A stretch of 64,000 bases of DNA from Candidatus Bathyarchaeota archaeon (GCA_963772455.1 CAVYXJ010000013.1:32001-96000); one strand, 5' to 3'; positions 33,690 to 45,037 are shown, counted from the stretch's first letter. Notes: generated by a model from the letters alone, not told the origin. Translations and numbers: made by a program.

Positions 33690-34111
33690 ACAATATTATA
33701 TCAATAGAAATATTTTTAATTTTGCATTTTTCAGTTGAGAAAATTTGGGGGATTGCAGGTTGCCGCTAATTATGATATGTTACTTTGATTTGCCAGCTTT
33801 TTTTGCGCAGGCATCGCTGCAATACTTTGATTTAGCATTAAATGTGGTGTAAGGTTTTTTGCAGACTGGACATTTCTTTTCCATGGTAAACCCTAATCAG
33901 TAAATATGATGCTCTAGGGTATAAGCTTAGGGGAATTCATGCAAGCTTTTTTGGAAAAGTTTTCTTTTTCTAATTGACATAATGTCGAATTAATGATCTT
34001 TAGTTATCCTACAGTAATTTAAGCTATTATTCTAAAAAATTGTTGCTTGTTCGTTTTGTTTAAATATTAGTATTATGTGTATGATGTTGCAAAAAGAAGG
34101 AATATCTTAGA

Positions 34112-34552
34112 ATGGGTTCCAAGTCACCAAGAGGCGAATTTGCCGCAAGGCAACTAGCAAAGAAACGAAAGAATTTCCGTTGGTCAGATCGTTACTTTAA
34201 CCGACGCATGCTTAGATTAGATGAGAAAGTTGACCCTATGCAGGGTGCACCGCAAAGCCGCGGCATCGTTCTTGAGAAAGTAGGCGTTGAATCAAAACAG
34301 CCTAACAGTGCCATCCGTAAATGCGTCCGCACACAACTTATCAAAAATGGCAGAACCATCACAGCGTTCTTGCCAGGAGACGGTGCCCTCAACGTAGTTG
34401 ATGAACACGACGAAGTCGTCGTGGAAGGCATCGGTGGAACAAGAGGCGGCGCTATGGGCGACATTCCAGGAGTTAGATGGAAGGTCGTTATGGTTAACGG
34501 CGTAAGCTTAAATGAACTCGTCTATGGACGTAAACAAAAACCAGCAAGGTAA
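34112..34552 (+). CDS. rps12: 30S ribosomal protein uS12
   Basis: [20 protein letters not shown]. Confidence 0.98.
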   Translation: MGSKSPRGEFAARQLAKKRKNFRWSDRYFNRRMLRLDEKVDPMQGAPQSRGIVLEKVGVESKQPNSAIRKCVRTQLIKNGRTITAFLPGDGALNVVDEHDEVVVEGIGGTRGGAMGDIPGVRWKVVMVNGVSLNELVYGRKQKPAR

Positions 34553-34558
34553 TAGATT

Positions 34559-35152
34559 ATGTCACAAACATCCACAGTTTCTCAGCCACAAGAAATTAAG
34601 CTCTTCCAAAAATGGAGTTTTAAAGACATTGCAGTCGTTGATATCGGATTGCAACGTTACTTGAATTTGACTCCGATGGTTGCACCCCATAGCATGGGAC
34701 GTCACGAACACCAGCGATTCCGCAAAGCTAAAGTCAATGTTGTCGAACGTCTAATCAACGGCTTAATGCGCGGCGGCAAGAATGCAGGCAAAAAAGCAAA
34801 AGCAACCAACATTGTTAAAGAAACCTTCGAAATCATTTATCTTCGCACAAACAAGAATCCAATAGAAGTCCTGGTCAAAGCAGTTGAGAATGCTTCTCCA
34901 TGCGAAGATACTACAAGAGTAAGTTACGGAGGAGTTGTTTATCACCTATCAGTTGATGTTGCTCCACAACGAAGAATTGACCTTGCCATACGACACATAA
35001 CAACAGGAGCTCGTGCATCTTCAGCAAACAATCCACGAAGCATACAAGAAACCCTCGCAGATGAACTCGTTCTCGCAGCAAACAAAGACATAAAAAGCGT
35101 CGCTATCTCAAAACGCAACGAAATCGAACGTGTAGCACAATCCAGCAGATAA
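34559..35152 (+). CDS. rps7: 30S ribosomal protein uS7
   Basis: VERLIN, VDVAPQRR, ERVAQSSR. Confidence 0.98.
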   Translation: MSQTSTVSQPQEIKLFQKWSFKDIAVVDIGLQRYLNLTPMVAPHSMGRHEHQRFRKAKVNVVERLINGLMRGGKNAGKKAKATNIVKETFEIIYLRTNKNPIEVLVKAVENASPCEDTTRVSYGGVVYHLSVDVAPQRRIDLAIRHITTGARASSANNPRSIQETLADELVLAANKDIKSVAISKRNEIERVAQSSR

Positions 35153-35264
35153 ACAATTTTTCTTTTCTTATTTGTATTTTTTAATCTCTTAACTTAGTTT
35201 TTGTTTATAATTGCCCTTAAATATTCTTAATTCAGAAACGTTAGAAATAATTGCCTCTTTAAGC

Positions 35265-36452
35265 TTAAACTATTCTAGCATGAATCTCGACTATATCGCC
35301 ATCATCCAATACGAAATTCATTCCGACTTTTTTGGGGCTAAAGGGCAACCGCTTCGCCCAAACCATTGCAAACATGAAGTTCATTAAAAGTTCCTTGTGA
35401 ATGTTTTTGGCTAAATCGTTTACTGTGGCCCCTTTTTTAAGTGCAAAAGGTCGGTCGGCGTGCACCTTGTTGCCTGGTTCTTTGGTATAAATTCGAATGA
35501 TACCCAGCGCATCAAACATCGCTTTTCCCAGTTCTTGAAGACCAACTTTATTCTGAGCAGAAATAGCAACGATTGGTAATTTTCCGTTCACAAAAGACTG
35601 CAAATGTCGCATGTTCACTTGAGCACCCTTCAAATCCATTTTGTTTGCGACAATTACTGCAGGTTTGTAAATTGTACTTTCATAAATCGCGTTTTCAACA
35701 TCTTCTAGGGAAACCTCACCGCTGATTCTTACGATGGCATCGTGAACTTTGTAGTCCCGAAGCAATTGTTCTACCTGATTCATAGTGCAATTAATTAATT
35801 TCCCCACAAGGATGACCCTTAGTGCTGTGCCAGAGTGTCGTCTGTCAATATCGACTTTTCCACTTGGTTTATAGACTAAAACTCTGGTTTTTTCCAATTC
35901 GGCCAAAATCAACTCCAACTGCTCAACAGGGTCATAGCCCAAGTCAACCATTAGAATCACGCCGTCTGCGTTGCGTGCTAAACCAAGAGTGACATTGCCG
36001 CCAGCTTTTCCTTCGGCTGCTCCCTCCATCACTGCAGGTGCTTCAACAATCTGGTATTGTACATCCATGTAACTCATTATCCCAGGAACAGGTTCATGAG
36101 TGCTAAATGGTGTAGGTGTAACGACCACTTTTGAGTTTGTAACCGCGGTCATGAGGGCGCTTTTGCCAACGTTAGTCATGCCGATTAATGCTATTTGAGC
36201 TGAACCTTCTTTCTCTATGAAGAGTTTTGGTCCGCCGCTGCTCTTGCCCGTGCCCATGCGCTTCTTTTTGTCTAAATCCTCGCGGATAAGTGCGATTTTC
36301 CTGTTCATTTCGCCGCGCAGTTTCATGGTGCCTTTATGATGTGGAACATACTTTAGGAACTCAATCATGGCATCCATTTTTTCTTTAGGAGTATGAGCAG
36401 CTTCAACAAACTCCCATTTATCCATCGCTTCTGGCGGCAGGTTAGTCGGCAT
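35265..36452 (-). CDS. DRG/OBG-family GTPase with TGS domain
   Basis: MPTNLPPE, GMTNVGKS, NKMD, C-terminal TGS (LDDGDIVEIH). Confidence 0.92.
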   Translation of the reverse strand: MPTNLPPEAMDKWEFVEAAHTPKEKMDAMIEFLKYVPHHKGTMKLRGEMNRKIALIREDLDKKKRMGTGKSSGGPKLFIEKEGSAQIALIGMTNVGKSALMTAVTNSKVVVTPTPFSTHEPVPGIMSYMDVQYQIVEAPAVMEGAAEGKAGGNVTLGLARNADGVILMVDLGYDPVEQLELILAELEKTRVLVYKPSGKVDIDRRHSGTALRVILVGKLINCTMNQVEQLLRDYKVHDAIVRISGEVSLEDVENAIYESTIYKPAVIVANKMDLKGAQVNMRHLQSFVNGKLPIVAISAQNKVGLQELGKAMFDALGIIRIYTKEPGNKVHADRPFALKKGATVNDLAKNIHKELLMNFMFAMVWAKRLPFSPKKVGMNFVLDDGDIVEIHARIV

Positions 36453-36605
36453 TTAAACTTCGCAAATACAATCTATAAAACAACCATATGACTATTTCTA
36501 AAATAAAACCAAAAAATCTTAGCTTTACTAATAAACCGCTAAAAATACAATTTACTAAGATGTTGACTTTTTCTTTTTTTACCCCTTTATTCATTTTCCA
36601 AACAG

Positions 36606-37553
36606 CTATGATATTTCTAGTTGTTTGTTTAGATAGAAATTTTCCACAATCATATTGTTGCCGATGGAATCCCAGTCATCTGTAAATCTATGAACAACTG
36701 CAAGGATAGAAAAGTTGAGACTATTATAGTCTGAAACAGTAGCAAAAGTCAAGTAAGAATAATTTGTTCCATCAATGTAGAATGATACTTCTGCGCCCTG
36801 CAAAATCATGGTATAATGATGTTTCATTCCATCGTTAGACCAAAGCTTGAGCATCTGAAAATGAACTTCTCCGTAGTTGCCGTTTGGTTCCTGAATGTAG
36901 CCATAGAGAAAACCGTCACTTAAGTCCAATCTGATGCCAAATTCTGTTCCTTTATAAGTAGATGTATCAGAGGTGGCAAAAATTGCCATTTCATCAAATC
37001 CAAGTGCCTTAATTTTGGGTGTTATGAACGTTGCTTCAAAGTCAATCTTTTGAATTGAATAGGTGTCAAAAGTTATAGCGTCTGATCCAGCTATTTGGCC
37101 TTGATTCGTTTTATTTGGGAATGTAAAATAAAGTATGTTTGGTTCAGTTTGTTCAACAGGATGGCCGCAGTAAGTGTATGTATTGAATAGTAGGGGTTCC
37201 AGCGGAATTGGTGCTATGCTTATAGGCGCAGAAAAGATTCGGGGTGGGTTTGATGGTATATTTTTTGGTGGATTTGAAGTTTCTAAAGAAATGGGTGTTG
37301 TGGTAATGGGTGAAGAGATATTGTAATTGTAGAAATTGGTTGAATTCAATTTATCTGTTTGATTGATGTTTGTTAGTTTCGTTGTAGGCTCTTGTTGTTT
37401 TGTTACTTGATTAATACTTGAATCAGTGTTTATCGTAAAAATTGATTGTAACTCGCAATTGCTAAGAATGGAAATAATAATGACTAATAAACTGAAAGCA
37501 ATTGGCAAAATAAATAATATTTTCCTTTTATTGCTTCCTTTTTTTATCATCAT
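36606..37553 (-). CDS. Membrane-anchored extracellular protein
   Basis: N-terminal TM, S/T/P linker, beta-rich domain. Confidence 0.7.
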   Translation of the reverse strand: MMIKKGSNKRKILFILPIAFSLLVIIISILSNCELQSIFTINTDSSINQVTKQQEPTTKLTNINQTDKLNSTNFYNYNISSPITTTPISLETSNPPKNIPSNPPRIFSAPISIAPIPLEPLLFNTYTYCGHPVEQTEPNILYFTFPNKTNQGQIAGSDAITFDTYSIQKIDFEATFITPKIKALGFDEMAIFATSDTSTYKGTEFGIRLDLSDGFLYGYIQEPNGNYGEVHFQMLKLWSNDGMKHHYTMILQGAEVSFYIDGTNYSYLTFATVSDYNSLNFSILAVVHRFTDDWDSIGNNMIVENFYLNKQLEIS

Positions 37554-37811
37554 TGTATTAGTTGAAAATCAAATATTAAAAATAGACTATTCTTTCTGTT
37601 TAGAGATTATCTAAAAATTTCTTTATCACAAAAAACTTTAGCGCTCTTGAAGGAATTTTTCGCGGAGTAAGGGTTTGTTTTTCGTTGGTTTAATACGAGA
37701 AAGTTTTTTATGCATTTCACGTAAATATTACTTGGGGGATAAAAGATAGTCAAATCTATCGATTTTATCCGATCTAAGTCGAAAAAACAGGCTCCTCCAT
37801 TAATTTATTCT

Positions 37812-39401
37812 TTGATGTCCCCCTCAGAAAACAAAAAATGCGTTGATGATAATCAAAGTTTTCTTAATGAGTTAGGTGTCAACGGTCAGCAATTCAAAAC
37901 GCTTTTTGGTAGACTGCCTCAAGGAATCGCTTTGTACAAAATGGTTTACGATAAAAAAGGCATACCCATTGACTTCATTCTTCTTGAAAGTAACAAGGCA
38001 TACAAAAAAATAAACTATTTCAAAAGGGAAAATGTTGAGAATAGCCAATCTAAATTTGATTCAAAAATAAAAAATAACAACAAAGATTGGATTAGAGTAT
38101 TCGGCAGGGTAGCTGACGCATGCAAACCTGAGCATTTTGAAACTTATAGTGAACCTGAAGACAAATGGTATCAAATCTACTTATACAGCCCCAAGAAGAG
38201 CTTTTTTGTTTCGGTTTTTATGGACATAACCCCCGAAAAGAAGCAGACAATACGTGAATTTGAAGAACAAAAAAAATCGGCCGAGCAACTTGTTTTTTCA
38301 GAAAAGAAATATCGTAGGCTATACGAGACAACTCAAGATGGAATTATGGCTAGGGACCTGCAAGCACGAATGATTGATTGCAATCCAGCATATGCAAAAA
38401 TGCTTGGCTACACAAAAAAAGAATTAAGATGCTTAACTGTCCAAGAACTGCTGCCTGAAAAGTGGCATAAACAAAGAAAAGAAATTGTTCGTAAAGTCCT
38501 GCAAACCGGTAAATCCATTGTTTTCGAAAGAGAATATAATCGAAAGGATGGCTCTGTTTTTCCTGCCTCCGTTAGGACATGGCGGTTAACTAATGGAAAA
38601 GGGAAAGTAATTGGAATATGGTCCATTGTTCGAGACATTACTGAACAAAAGAATTCGCAGAAAAACCTTGAAAAATATGCTGATGTTCTTAAAAAAATAA
38701 TAGATGACCGTACCAAGCAGCTTAAAGATTCAGAACGATTGGCAGCGATTGGTCAAACCGCTGGAATGGTTGGTCATGATCTCCGCAATCCCCTGCAAAC
38801 GGTAATCGGCGAATTGTTTCTGGCAAAGAAAGAAGTTGAATCACTTATTGAAAGTGAAGCTAAAAACAACCTTATTGAGAGTATTCAAGCAATAGAAGAG
38901 CAAGCAGTCTATATGGATAAAATTGTTTCTGACCTTCAAGCCTTTGTGCAACCTATAAAAGTAGACAAAAAACCCTTCAACCTTGGAGAACTCGCAAACG
39001 AAATTTTGGCGTCAATTGTTACTACTAAAAATATTAAGGTAAAAATGCAAATTAAAGATGATTTTCCCCAGATAAAAGCTGACCTTCAATTGATAAAACG
39101 TGTTCTTATCAATTTGGTTACAAATTCAGCTCAGGCTATGCCTAACGGTGGAACACTGACATTGACTGGACAGGTTAATCCTCAAGGACAAGTATTGGTT
39201 GCGGTAAAAGACACAGGAGTTGGAATCCCGAACAACATAAAAAATCAGATATTTACTCCTTTATTTACTACTAAACCGCGTGGGCAAGGATTCGGATTAG
39301 CGGTTTGTAAGCGAGTAATTGAAGCTCACGGTGGATCAATAAGTTTTGAAAGCACAGTGGGAAAAGGTACCGAATTCACGATTCAGTTTCCGGTCAATTA
39401 A
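37812..39401 (+). CDS. PAS-domain sensor histidine kinase
   Basis: Two PAS regions, H-box HDLRNPL, N-box, DTGVG, FTTK, GFGL. Confidence 0.93.
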   Translation: MMSPSENKKCVDDNQSFLNELGVNGQQFKTLFGRLPQGIALYKMVYDKKGIPIDFILLESNKAYKKINYFKRENVENSQSKFDSKIKNNNKDWIRVFGRVADACKPEHFETYSEPEDKWYQIYLYSPKKSFFVSVFMDITPEKKQTIREFEEQKKSAEQLVFSEKKYRRLYETTQDGIMARDLQARMIDCNPAYAKMLGYTKKELRCLTVQELLPEKWHKQRKEIVRKVLQTGKSIVFEREYNRKDGSVFPASVRTWRLTNGKGKVIGIWSIVRDITEQKNSQKNLEKYADVLKKIIDDRTKQLKDSERLAAIGQTAGMVGHDLRNPLQTVIGELFLAKKEVESLIESEAKNNLIESIQAIEEQAVYMDKIVSDLQAFVQPIKVDKKPFNLGELANEILASIVTTKNIKVKMQIKDDFPQIKADLQLIKRVLINLVTNSAQAMPNGGTLTLTGQVNPQGQVLVAVKDTGVGIPNNIKNQIFTPLFTTKPRGQGFGLAVCKRVIEAHGGSISFESTVGKGTEFTIQFPVN

Positions 39402-39703
39402 GGTTCAATCATTTCTTTTTGTTTCTGGGTGCCTTTCAATCTTTGTCTAAGACTGTAAACAAATGCTATAAACCAAAAGGCAACTGTAGCCCAACCTAAT
39501 GCAAAACCAATCGTGTTACCCAAGAGGTAATAGGCTATTTCAAAGCCGACTATGGAAACAAAAGTCAAAAATGAACCAATTATGCTGTACCCATGCAGTG
39601 CATTTCGGCTTTTTATGACTGCTCTTAACATTAAGAGTAATGCAAGAAAATTTATGACACTTGCCAAATCTAAAGCTAAGTTTGCTAAACTGTAAACATC
39701 CAT
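39398..39703 (-). CDS. Small membrane protein
   Basis: Three hydrophobic helices. Confidence 0.65.
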   Translation of the reverse strand: MDVYSLANLALDLASVINFLALLLMLRAVIKSRNALHGYSIIGSFLTFVSIVGFEIAYYLLGNTIGFALGWATVAFWFIAFVYSLRQRLKGTQKQKEMIEP

Positions 39704-39902
39704 TTATCCAGTTTCCCAATGCCAAAACGGATTGGCTCAACTTAAGACTATCGCAGACATCAAGCTCCAAGATGTGAAAATACCTAACGCGTTTGAGAGT
39801 CAATTATTTTTTAGGAAATATTCAATTTGGGAGGGTTTTGGGGTAAAGTTAAAAAAGCATTATGTCTAAAGTAACTTTGAAGGTTTAGGGGGAGAATTCA
39901 GA

Positions 39903-40580
39903 GTGACATCACTTCGAATATCATTCATTTTAACTATAGTAGTATTTGGTTTCCTATGTAGCGGTCTTGTTGTCGGTTTAAATCAGGATCAAGCAACAGC
40001 AAGAGTATTGTTTTCAAGCGAAACACTGCCGGCAGGTCAAAAAGTGACTGGTACCATTTTCTTCAGCAGCACTTCCAGCGATCAATTGGCAGTTACTGCC
40101 GTAAGCATACACTTCGACTGGATGCCCAGCGGCCAAGTCGTGGGTTACCAGTTAACTACCCCAGTTACGATTGAAAGCGGTAGCAACCACTTATTTGATC
40201 CAATGGAAATTCCAATTCCATTAAACATAGCTTCTGGCTCTCACACCTACTATATCGGGATCGACGGAACAGAAAATGGAACTCCATTTTCGTGGGATTC
40301 TCCAGTGGCTTCAGTAAATGTTGAAGGCGGTACCGGTGGCGTTACTCCTTCACCATCAAGCACAAACTCGGGAGAAGAACAACCTGGGGAGCAATCAAAT
40401 TTGTTTATATATGGAGCGATTGCAGCCGTGGTCGTTATTGTAGTATTATTGTTAATAGTTTTAATAATGCGGAAAAAGCGTACAAGTTCCAAATCAGCAG
40501 TTAATCAAGATGCAAGTAATCAACCAAAGTCATCTGCTCCAGAGAAGAAACCTAACCCTGAGCAAGACTTCGATATTTAG
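39903..40580 (+). CDS. Cell-surface protein with C-terminal TM anchor
   Basis: Signal peptide, Ig-like beta domain, TM followed by RKKR. Confidence 0.75.
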   Translation: MTSLRISFILTIVVFGFLCSGLVVGLNQDQATARVLFSSETLPAGQKVTGTIFFSSTSSDQLAVTAVSIHFDWMPSGQVVGYQLTTPVTIESGSNHLFDPMEIPIPLNIASGSHTYYIGIDGTENGTPFSWDSPVASVNVEGGTGGVTPSPSSTNSGEEQPGEQSNLFIYGAIAAVVVIVVLLLIVLIMRKKRTSSKSAVNQDASNQPKSSAPEKKPNPEQDFDI

Positions 40581-40626
40581 TCGATCTTCAGACCTCACAG
40601 AAGGGTTTTAACTGCGTAGAGGTTAG

Positions 40627-41358
40627 TTGAAAAGGCTTATAGCTCAAGCCAACCACCATACATCTAAAACAGTGGCATCATTGACGACACCAAATGGCAA
40701 ACCAGTTCAATCTGGACTTGCAGCAATCATCATCGTAGTCTTGGTATTCTCTTTTTTTAGTCCCTTAGCACAAGCACAAACGCGCCAATTCTTCACGCCC
40801 TCTGACAAATTTAGCATTCCAGATCATAATGGCATCATAAGTTTTGCTTTCAACGGTTCCTTTTCATCAGCAAAGTTAGAGAATAACTTCTGGGTTTTTA
40901 ATGATTTAAGATTCAATATTTCCCGCCCCCTTGGCAACCTTAAAGTTTCTGTTGAAAACTCTAACATGACTATTTATTCTTATCAAGCAATCAATTTCTT
41001 TGGTCGTAGCGTATTTCTAAGGTGCCATGTGGATGGTTTAGGTGAGCAAAGGGTAAATCTTGGACTTAATTTTTCGAAGCCGACCAATTCAGTTGAGTGG
41101 TCTGTCACCATTCCAGGTCCCGATGGAAAAACCGTTTGGCTCGCTGAAAATGAAGGGTGGAAGCTCTTGCCTGACGATTCAGTGGTTGTCACTGGCATAA
41201 CAGGCAACTTGTCTATTGTGCATTACAATTTTGGTGTAGACATCGATGAGAATTTGCCTTTTTACCAAGCGCATTCAATTGCAATTATTACAGTTATCGC
41301 TATAGCCAGTACAGTTGCGTTTGCATTAGTAATAAGAGTTAAAGTGAGGAAGGATTAA
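40627..41358 (+). CDS. Secreted/surface protein with C-terminal TM
   Basis: Signal-like AQA site, C-terminal TM; start uncertain. Confidence 0.7.
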   Translation: MKRLIAQANHHTSKTVASLTTPNGKPVQSGLAAIIIVVLVFSFFSPLAQAQTRQFFTPSDKFSIPDHNGIISFAFNGSFSSAKLENNFWVFNDLRFNISRPLGNLKVSVENSNMTIYSYQAINFFGRSVFLRCHVDGLGEQRVNLGLNFSKPTNSVEWSVTIPGPDGKTVWLAENEGWKLLPDDSVVVTGITGNLSIVHYNFGVDIDENLPFYQAHSIAIITVIAIASTVAFALVIRVKVRKD

Positions 41359-41361
41359 CAA

Positions 41362-42609
41362 ATGTCTTTGGTTGACTCATCTACCATAATACTATTGGCT
41401 TATGCCCTAATAGTAGTGGTAGGCATAGTCGCCATCCTCAAATTTTCCAAAGACAAAACAAGAAAAATCACTTCTCTACGTCTCTTTATCCAAATAGCCG
41501 CAGTTTTCGCCATATTCATGGGGCTACTGATAGGACCTTTCAACAAACCGGGATCAATATTTTATCCCTTAGGAATTTCACCTCGTGACCACTTAATCGG
41601 CTCAGAAATTTTAGGCAACCAATTCCCTGACGGCATCTCCCTGCCCATTTTAGCCTGCTACTACCCCAACGGGCGAACAGTTACCTGTGCTATTTGGCAG
41701 TTACAAGCCTACGTTTTTCCCTTCTGGAACTATCCACGAGGCTACGAAGTAATCTATTCTACTTCAGGTCTTGAAAAAATAGGCATAGTGATAGGTATGT
41801 TGGTTGTGGCGTCTGTGATTTTGGGTAGGTCTTTCTGTGGTTGGCTCTGCCCCTTTGGTTTATATCAAGATTTACTTACAAGAATTCGAAAATCCGTAAA
41901 GCGGCGTCACTTGAGTTTTTCTGAAAAAACCAACACAAAACTTGGGCAATCTCGATTTATTATAATCGCCATCTTTATGATTCTAAGTGTTATTTTCGCT
42001 TCATACACAATATTTGGAACTGAAGTAATTCCAGGAACCAAACTTGGTGGACCACAAGGAACCGAAGCAGGAATAGTCAGCAACATCAACGAGCCTTTTT
42101 GCTTAGTCTGCCCCATGAGACCATTATGCATTTTGATAGAATGCGCCATTGGACAAATGAACTATTCCTATATTTCCCAAATCGTATATGGACCTGGATG
42201 GATATCAGGTTTCTACTTAACCTCAATAAATTTGGCTATTCTAGTTGCAATTACAATTTTAGCATTGGCTTACAGGCGATTCTGGTGTAGAATCTGTCCC
42301 CTTGGAGGCATAACTGCGCTGTTTAGTTCATTTACGCCCTTCAAACAAATTGCTTTAACAAAGCTCCAAAAAGATGAACATAAATGCACCAAATGCGGAG
42401 TTTGCAAACGGGTTTGCCCAACCCAAGCCACAGCAATGTATGCGCAAAAAGGTGGAGATGTAACAGAATCAAGATGCATGCTATGCGCACGATGTGTTGA
42501 AATATGCCCCTATGAAGGCGCATTGAAACTGACATTTGCTGGAAAGACCTTAATGACCTCCAGGAATTGGCTAAACGAAAACAATCCTGAAAGCAACAAA
42601 AACGTTTGA
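41362..42609 (+). CDS. Membrane 4Fe-4S protein (NapH/MauN-like)
   Basis: FCGWLCPFG, WCRICPLG, two CxxCxxCxxxCP. Confidence 0.88.
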   Translation: MSLVDSSTIILLAYALIVVVGIVAILKFSKDKTRKITSLRLFIQIAAVFAIFMGLLIGPFNKPGSIFYPLGISPRDHLIGSEILGNQFPDGISLPILACYYPNGRTVTCAIWQLQAYVFPFWNYPRGYEVIYSTSGLEKIGIVIGMLVVASVILGRSFCGWLCPFGLYQDLLTRIRKSVKRRHLSFSEKTNTKLGQSRFIIIAIFMILSVIFASYTIFGTEVIPGTKLGGPQGTEAGIVSNINEPFCLVCPMRPLCILIECAIGQMNYSYISQIVYGPGWISGFYLTSINLAILVAITILALAYRRFWCRICPLGGITALFSSFTPFKQIALTKLQKDEHKCTKCGVCKRVCPTQATAMYAQKGGDVTESRCMLCARCVEICPYEGALKLTFAGKTLMTSRNWLNENNPESNKNV

Positions 42610-42680
42610 ATGTAAAAAATTTGCGGCTTTGGATTGCAACTGTATTTTAAAAGTTTTTCTGTTGCCCAAAGAAATCCGAT

Positions 42681-43319
42681 TTACATGGCTCTCAAATAAG
42701 CAATAAGCCTTTCCCAATCGCCTGTCTTCTTCATATCTTTATTTTTGAGTAAGTCCATAATCGCCTTCGGGCTATACAATCCGCCATCTTTGGGGTAAAT
42801 ACGCCTTGAAACAAGAGTGAATGATACATATCCTTTATTTCCTAATTTTTCATCAGTTACTTCATGCGTGTAACCCCTTTTTTCTGATAAGATAACCACT
42901 GCAAAACGTAAATCTGGCGACAATTTTTTCAGTTCATCAAAATTTTCCTTTAATATTTCTGACTGATTAGCAACAGCATTATTCTTAATTACAATCACCA
43001 AGTTGACATCCTTGGGAGAATATTCTTTTTGATCTGGATTTATCGTAGATTTGAGTAAGAATAAATCATTCTTTATGTTTGACCCTTCGAGTTTTATTTT
43101 TGGATTAAAAGTTAGATTAAACCCTCTTCTCAAAAGATGTTCTCGAATCACTACTTCTGTTGGTACTCCACTTTTTTTCTGCGCGGTTTTTTCTCTCTCT
43201 TGGTGAATAAATTCTTCTGCAACTTCCATTAGCATCTGATATTCTTCGTCTTTTTTCGTTAACAGAGGTGCTTTGAGTTCATCGTAATGAGACATGGCTG
43301 ATACATCAATTTTTGTCAT
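42681..43319 (-). CDS. Hypothetical protein, possible degenerate PD-(D/E)XK nuclease fold
   Basis: TEVVIREHL...NDLFLLK...VIVIKNN layout. Confidence 0.55.
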   Translation of the reverse strand: MTKIDVSAMSHYDELKAPLLTKKDEEYQMLMEVAEEFIHQEREKTAQKKSGVPTEVVIREHLLRRGFNLTFNPKIKLEGSNIKNDLFLLKSTINPDQKEYSPKDVNLVIVIKNNAVANQSEILKENFDELKKLSPDLRFAVVILSEKRGYTHEVTDEKLGNKGYVSFTLVSRRIYPKDGGLYSPKAIMDLLKNKDMKKTGDWERLIAYLRAM

Positions 43320-43479
43320 TAAATAACATGTTGTTTTTGTTTTCGTTTACTGTTGCAATAAATGCCAAAGGGTATAGCTCATTTTTTTGAGGATAACTAC
43401 TGATAGAACAACATTTAAAAAAAAGTTTGTTGTTGTTCTTTCAGTTATAGATCGTCTTTATTGGCAGTACAAGAACGAT

Positions 43480-43876
43480 CTCCACGTGGGTATCGTGGCA
43501 GTAGATGGGACAAGCAACGTAAATATGGTTCATTATTCGAACGTCAAAATCGTAATGTAAATACCAAAATAGGTAAAATTGCTCGTATTTTTCAGTTTAC
43601 CAGAATAATTTTACTCGATTTTCAACGAAAAAACGTATTAAAAAGTCTGAAAATTTAGGCAATCATACTTTTTTATATGAAGGCGAAAATACAATTCGAT
43701 AACATACTTTACTTATCGCAAAAACCCTCTTTGAAAACAACCGATCAACCCAACCTATGAACGCAACACAAAAAAACTTACTTTGTTAAAGTTAAGTTTA
43801 TCAAGCTTTTAGTTTAAAATTTAGTTTATGCTTTTTCCTAAACGTTGGGTTTGTTTTGAGAGATGGGTTTTCGATG
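43480..43876. repeat. Conserved array-distal block, copy 1 (direct repeat of 53090-53482)
   Basis: Starts cgtgggtatcgtggcag; highly similar from ~43610 (ttttactcgattttcaacgaaaaaac...) into the gene tail ISQNKPNV. Confidence 0.92.
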
Positions 43877-45013
43877 CATTCTAAAAAGCAAAAGAGAGAC
43901 CAAGATAACCGTTAAAACAACAACCACAACAATAATGAGGTAAAAAATTGTTATCCCTATGAATGCTGGAAAAACAAGTGGATGATGGTCAATGTTGTTT
44001 TGGTCAATAACGTGTGTTCCGTTACCAGAATAGTCACTCCAGTAATTACCCTCTTTTCCATTATCCCACGAAACAATATCAGTTCCGTTAACTGAGGTTG
44101 GATTTTTATTCAAATAAGTTGTCTCAACCAAGGCATTTTGACCATTACTGACAAAGTTATTGCTATAAACAACGTTTCCTAACCCAATGTATGCATCGCC
44201 AGAGACTACAAAATTCTCAAGTTTAATCCCAATAGTGTTCCCGTCAACTTCATTATTATGAAAATCTGTGTTGCTAACGCCACGCCCAAAATTGGCCCCA
44301 AAGATACTGTTGTCTATTATCTTATTATCATGGATTGAATAAGGACCAGTCCACTCGAGAACCAATCCTTCCTCATTATTCATAATTGTATTATCGTTGA
44401 CAATCACGTATCGTGAGTAAATGCTAACCCCTTGACTGTTGTGGCTGATTGTGTTTCCTGAAATCACACCTGTAGAAGCCATGCCGTTTGATGAGATTCC
44501 AATTCCTCCTTCATTATTGATAATGGTGTTGTCTTTTATCTCAAAGTTTTCACTTCTTTCAACCATAATTGCTTGGTTATTATCGGTAATGATGTTCCCT
44601 ATTATTTTGCAGTTAGAAGGAATTGCTTGTTGGGCATAATTTGCGACAGATATGGCTGTTTCACAGTTTCTTATCGTGAACCCAGAGATGGTTACATCTG
44701 GGGCTCCAACCTTAATTGTTGCACCGGCAAAAGGGTATTTTTGACCCTGAATAATAGTTTTCTGAGGAGATTCTCCTGTTAAGGAAATTGATTTGCCTAT
44801 TGTTAGCTCTCCAACCTGAAATGTTCCGCTCCTAACATAAACGGTATCTCCTGTATTGGCATTGTTTATAGCCCCTTGGATTGTTTGGTAATTATCTGGA
44901 ACAGTTATTGCTCTCGGTAGGACATAAGTCCTTAGAATTACTATTGTAAAAACGGATGCCGCTATGACAAGAGCAATAAGCAAAACAGCAGAACTCTTTC
45001 TGATAGTTCCCAT
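43838..45013 (-). CDS. Surface protein cassette: NosD/right-handed beta-helix with C-terminal TM
   Basis: ITVPDNYQTIQGAI, parallel beta-helix repeats, WDNGKEGNYWSDY, D..PL, TM, tail RKPISQNKPNV. Confidence 0.88.
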   Translation of the reverse strand: MGTIRKSSAVLLIALVIAASVFTIVILRTYVLPRAITVPDNYQTIQGAINNANTGDTVYVRSGTFQVGELTIGKSISLTGESPQKTIIQGQKYPFAGATIKVGAPDVTISGFTIRNCETAISVANYAQQAIPSNCKIIGNIITDNNQAIMVERSENFEIKDNTIINNEGGIGISSNGMASTGVISGNTISHNSQGVSIYSRYVIVNDNTIMNNEEGLVLEWTGPYSIHDNKIIDNSIFGANFGRGVSNTDFHNNEVDGNTIGIKLENFVVSGDAYIGLGNVVYSNNFVSNGQNALVETTYLNKNPTSVNGTDIVSWDNGKEGNYWSDYSGNGTHVIDQNNIDHHPLVFPAFIGITIFYLIIVVVVVLTVILVSLLLFRMHRKPISQNKPNV

Positions 45014-45037
45014 AGTTAGCTGATAGACCCGCTTTAA

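Noticed and set aside
42610-43480. Left att/int(C) of element B
   Set aside because: No tRNA-Ala 3' copy found by eye, so the left boundary stays uncertain.
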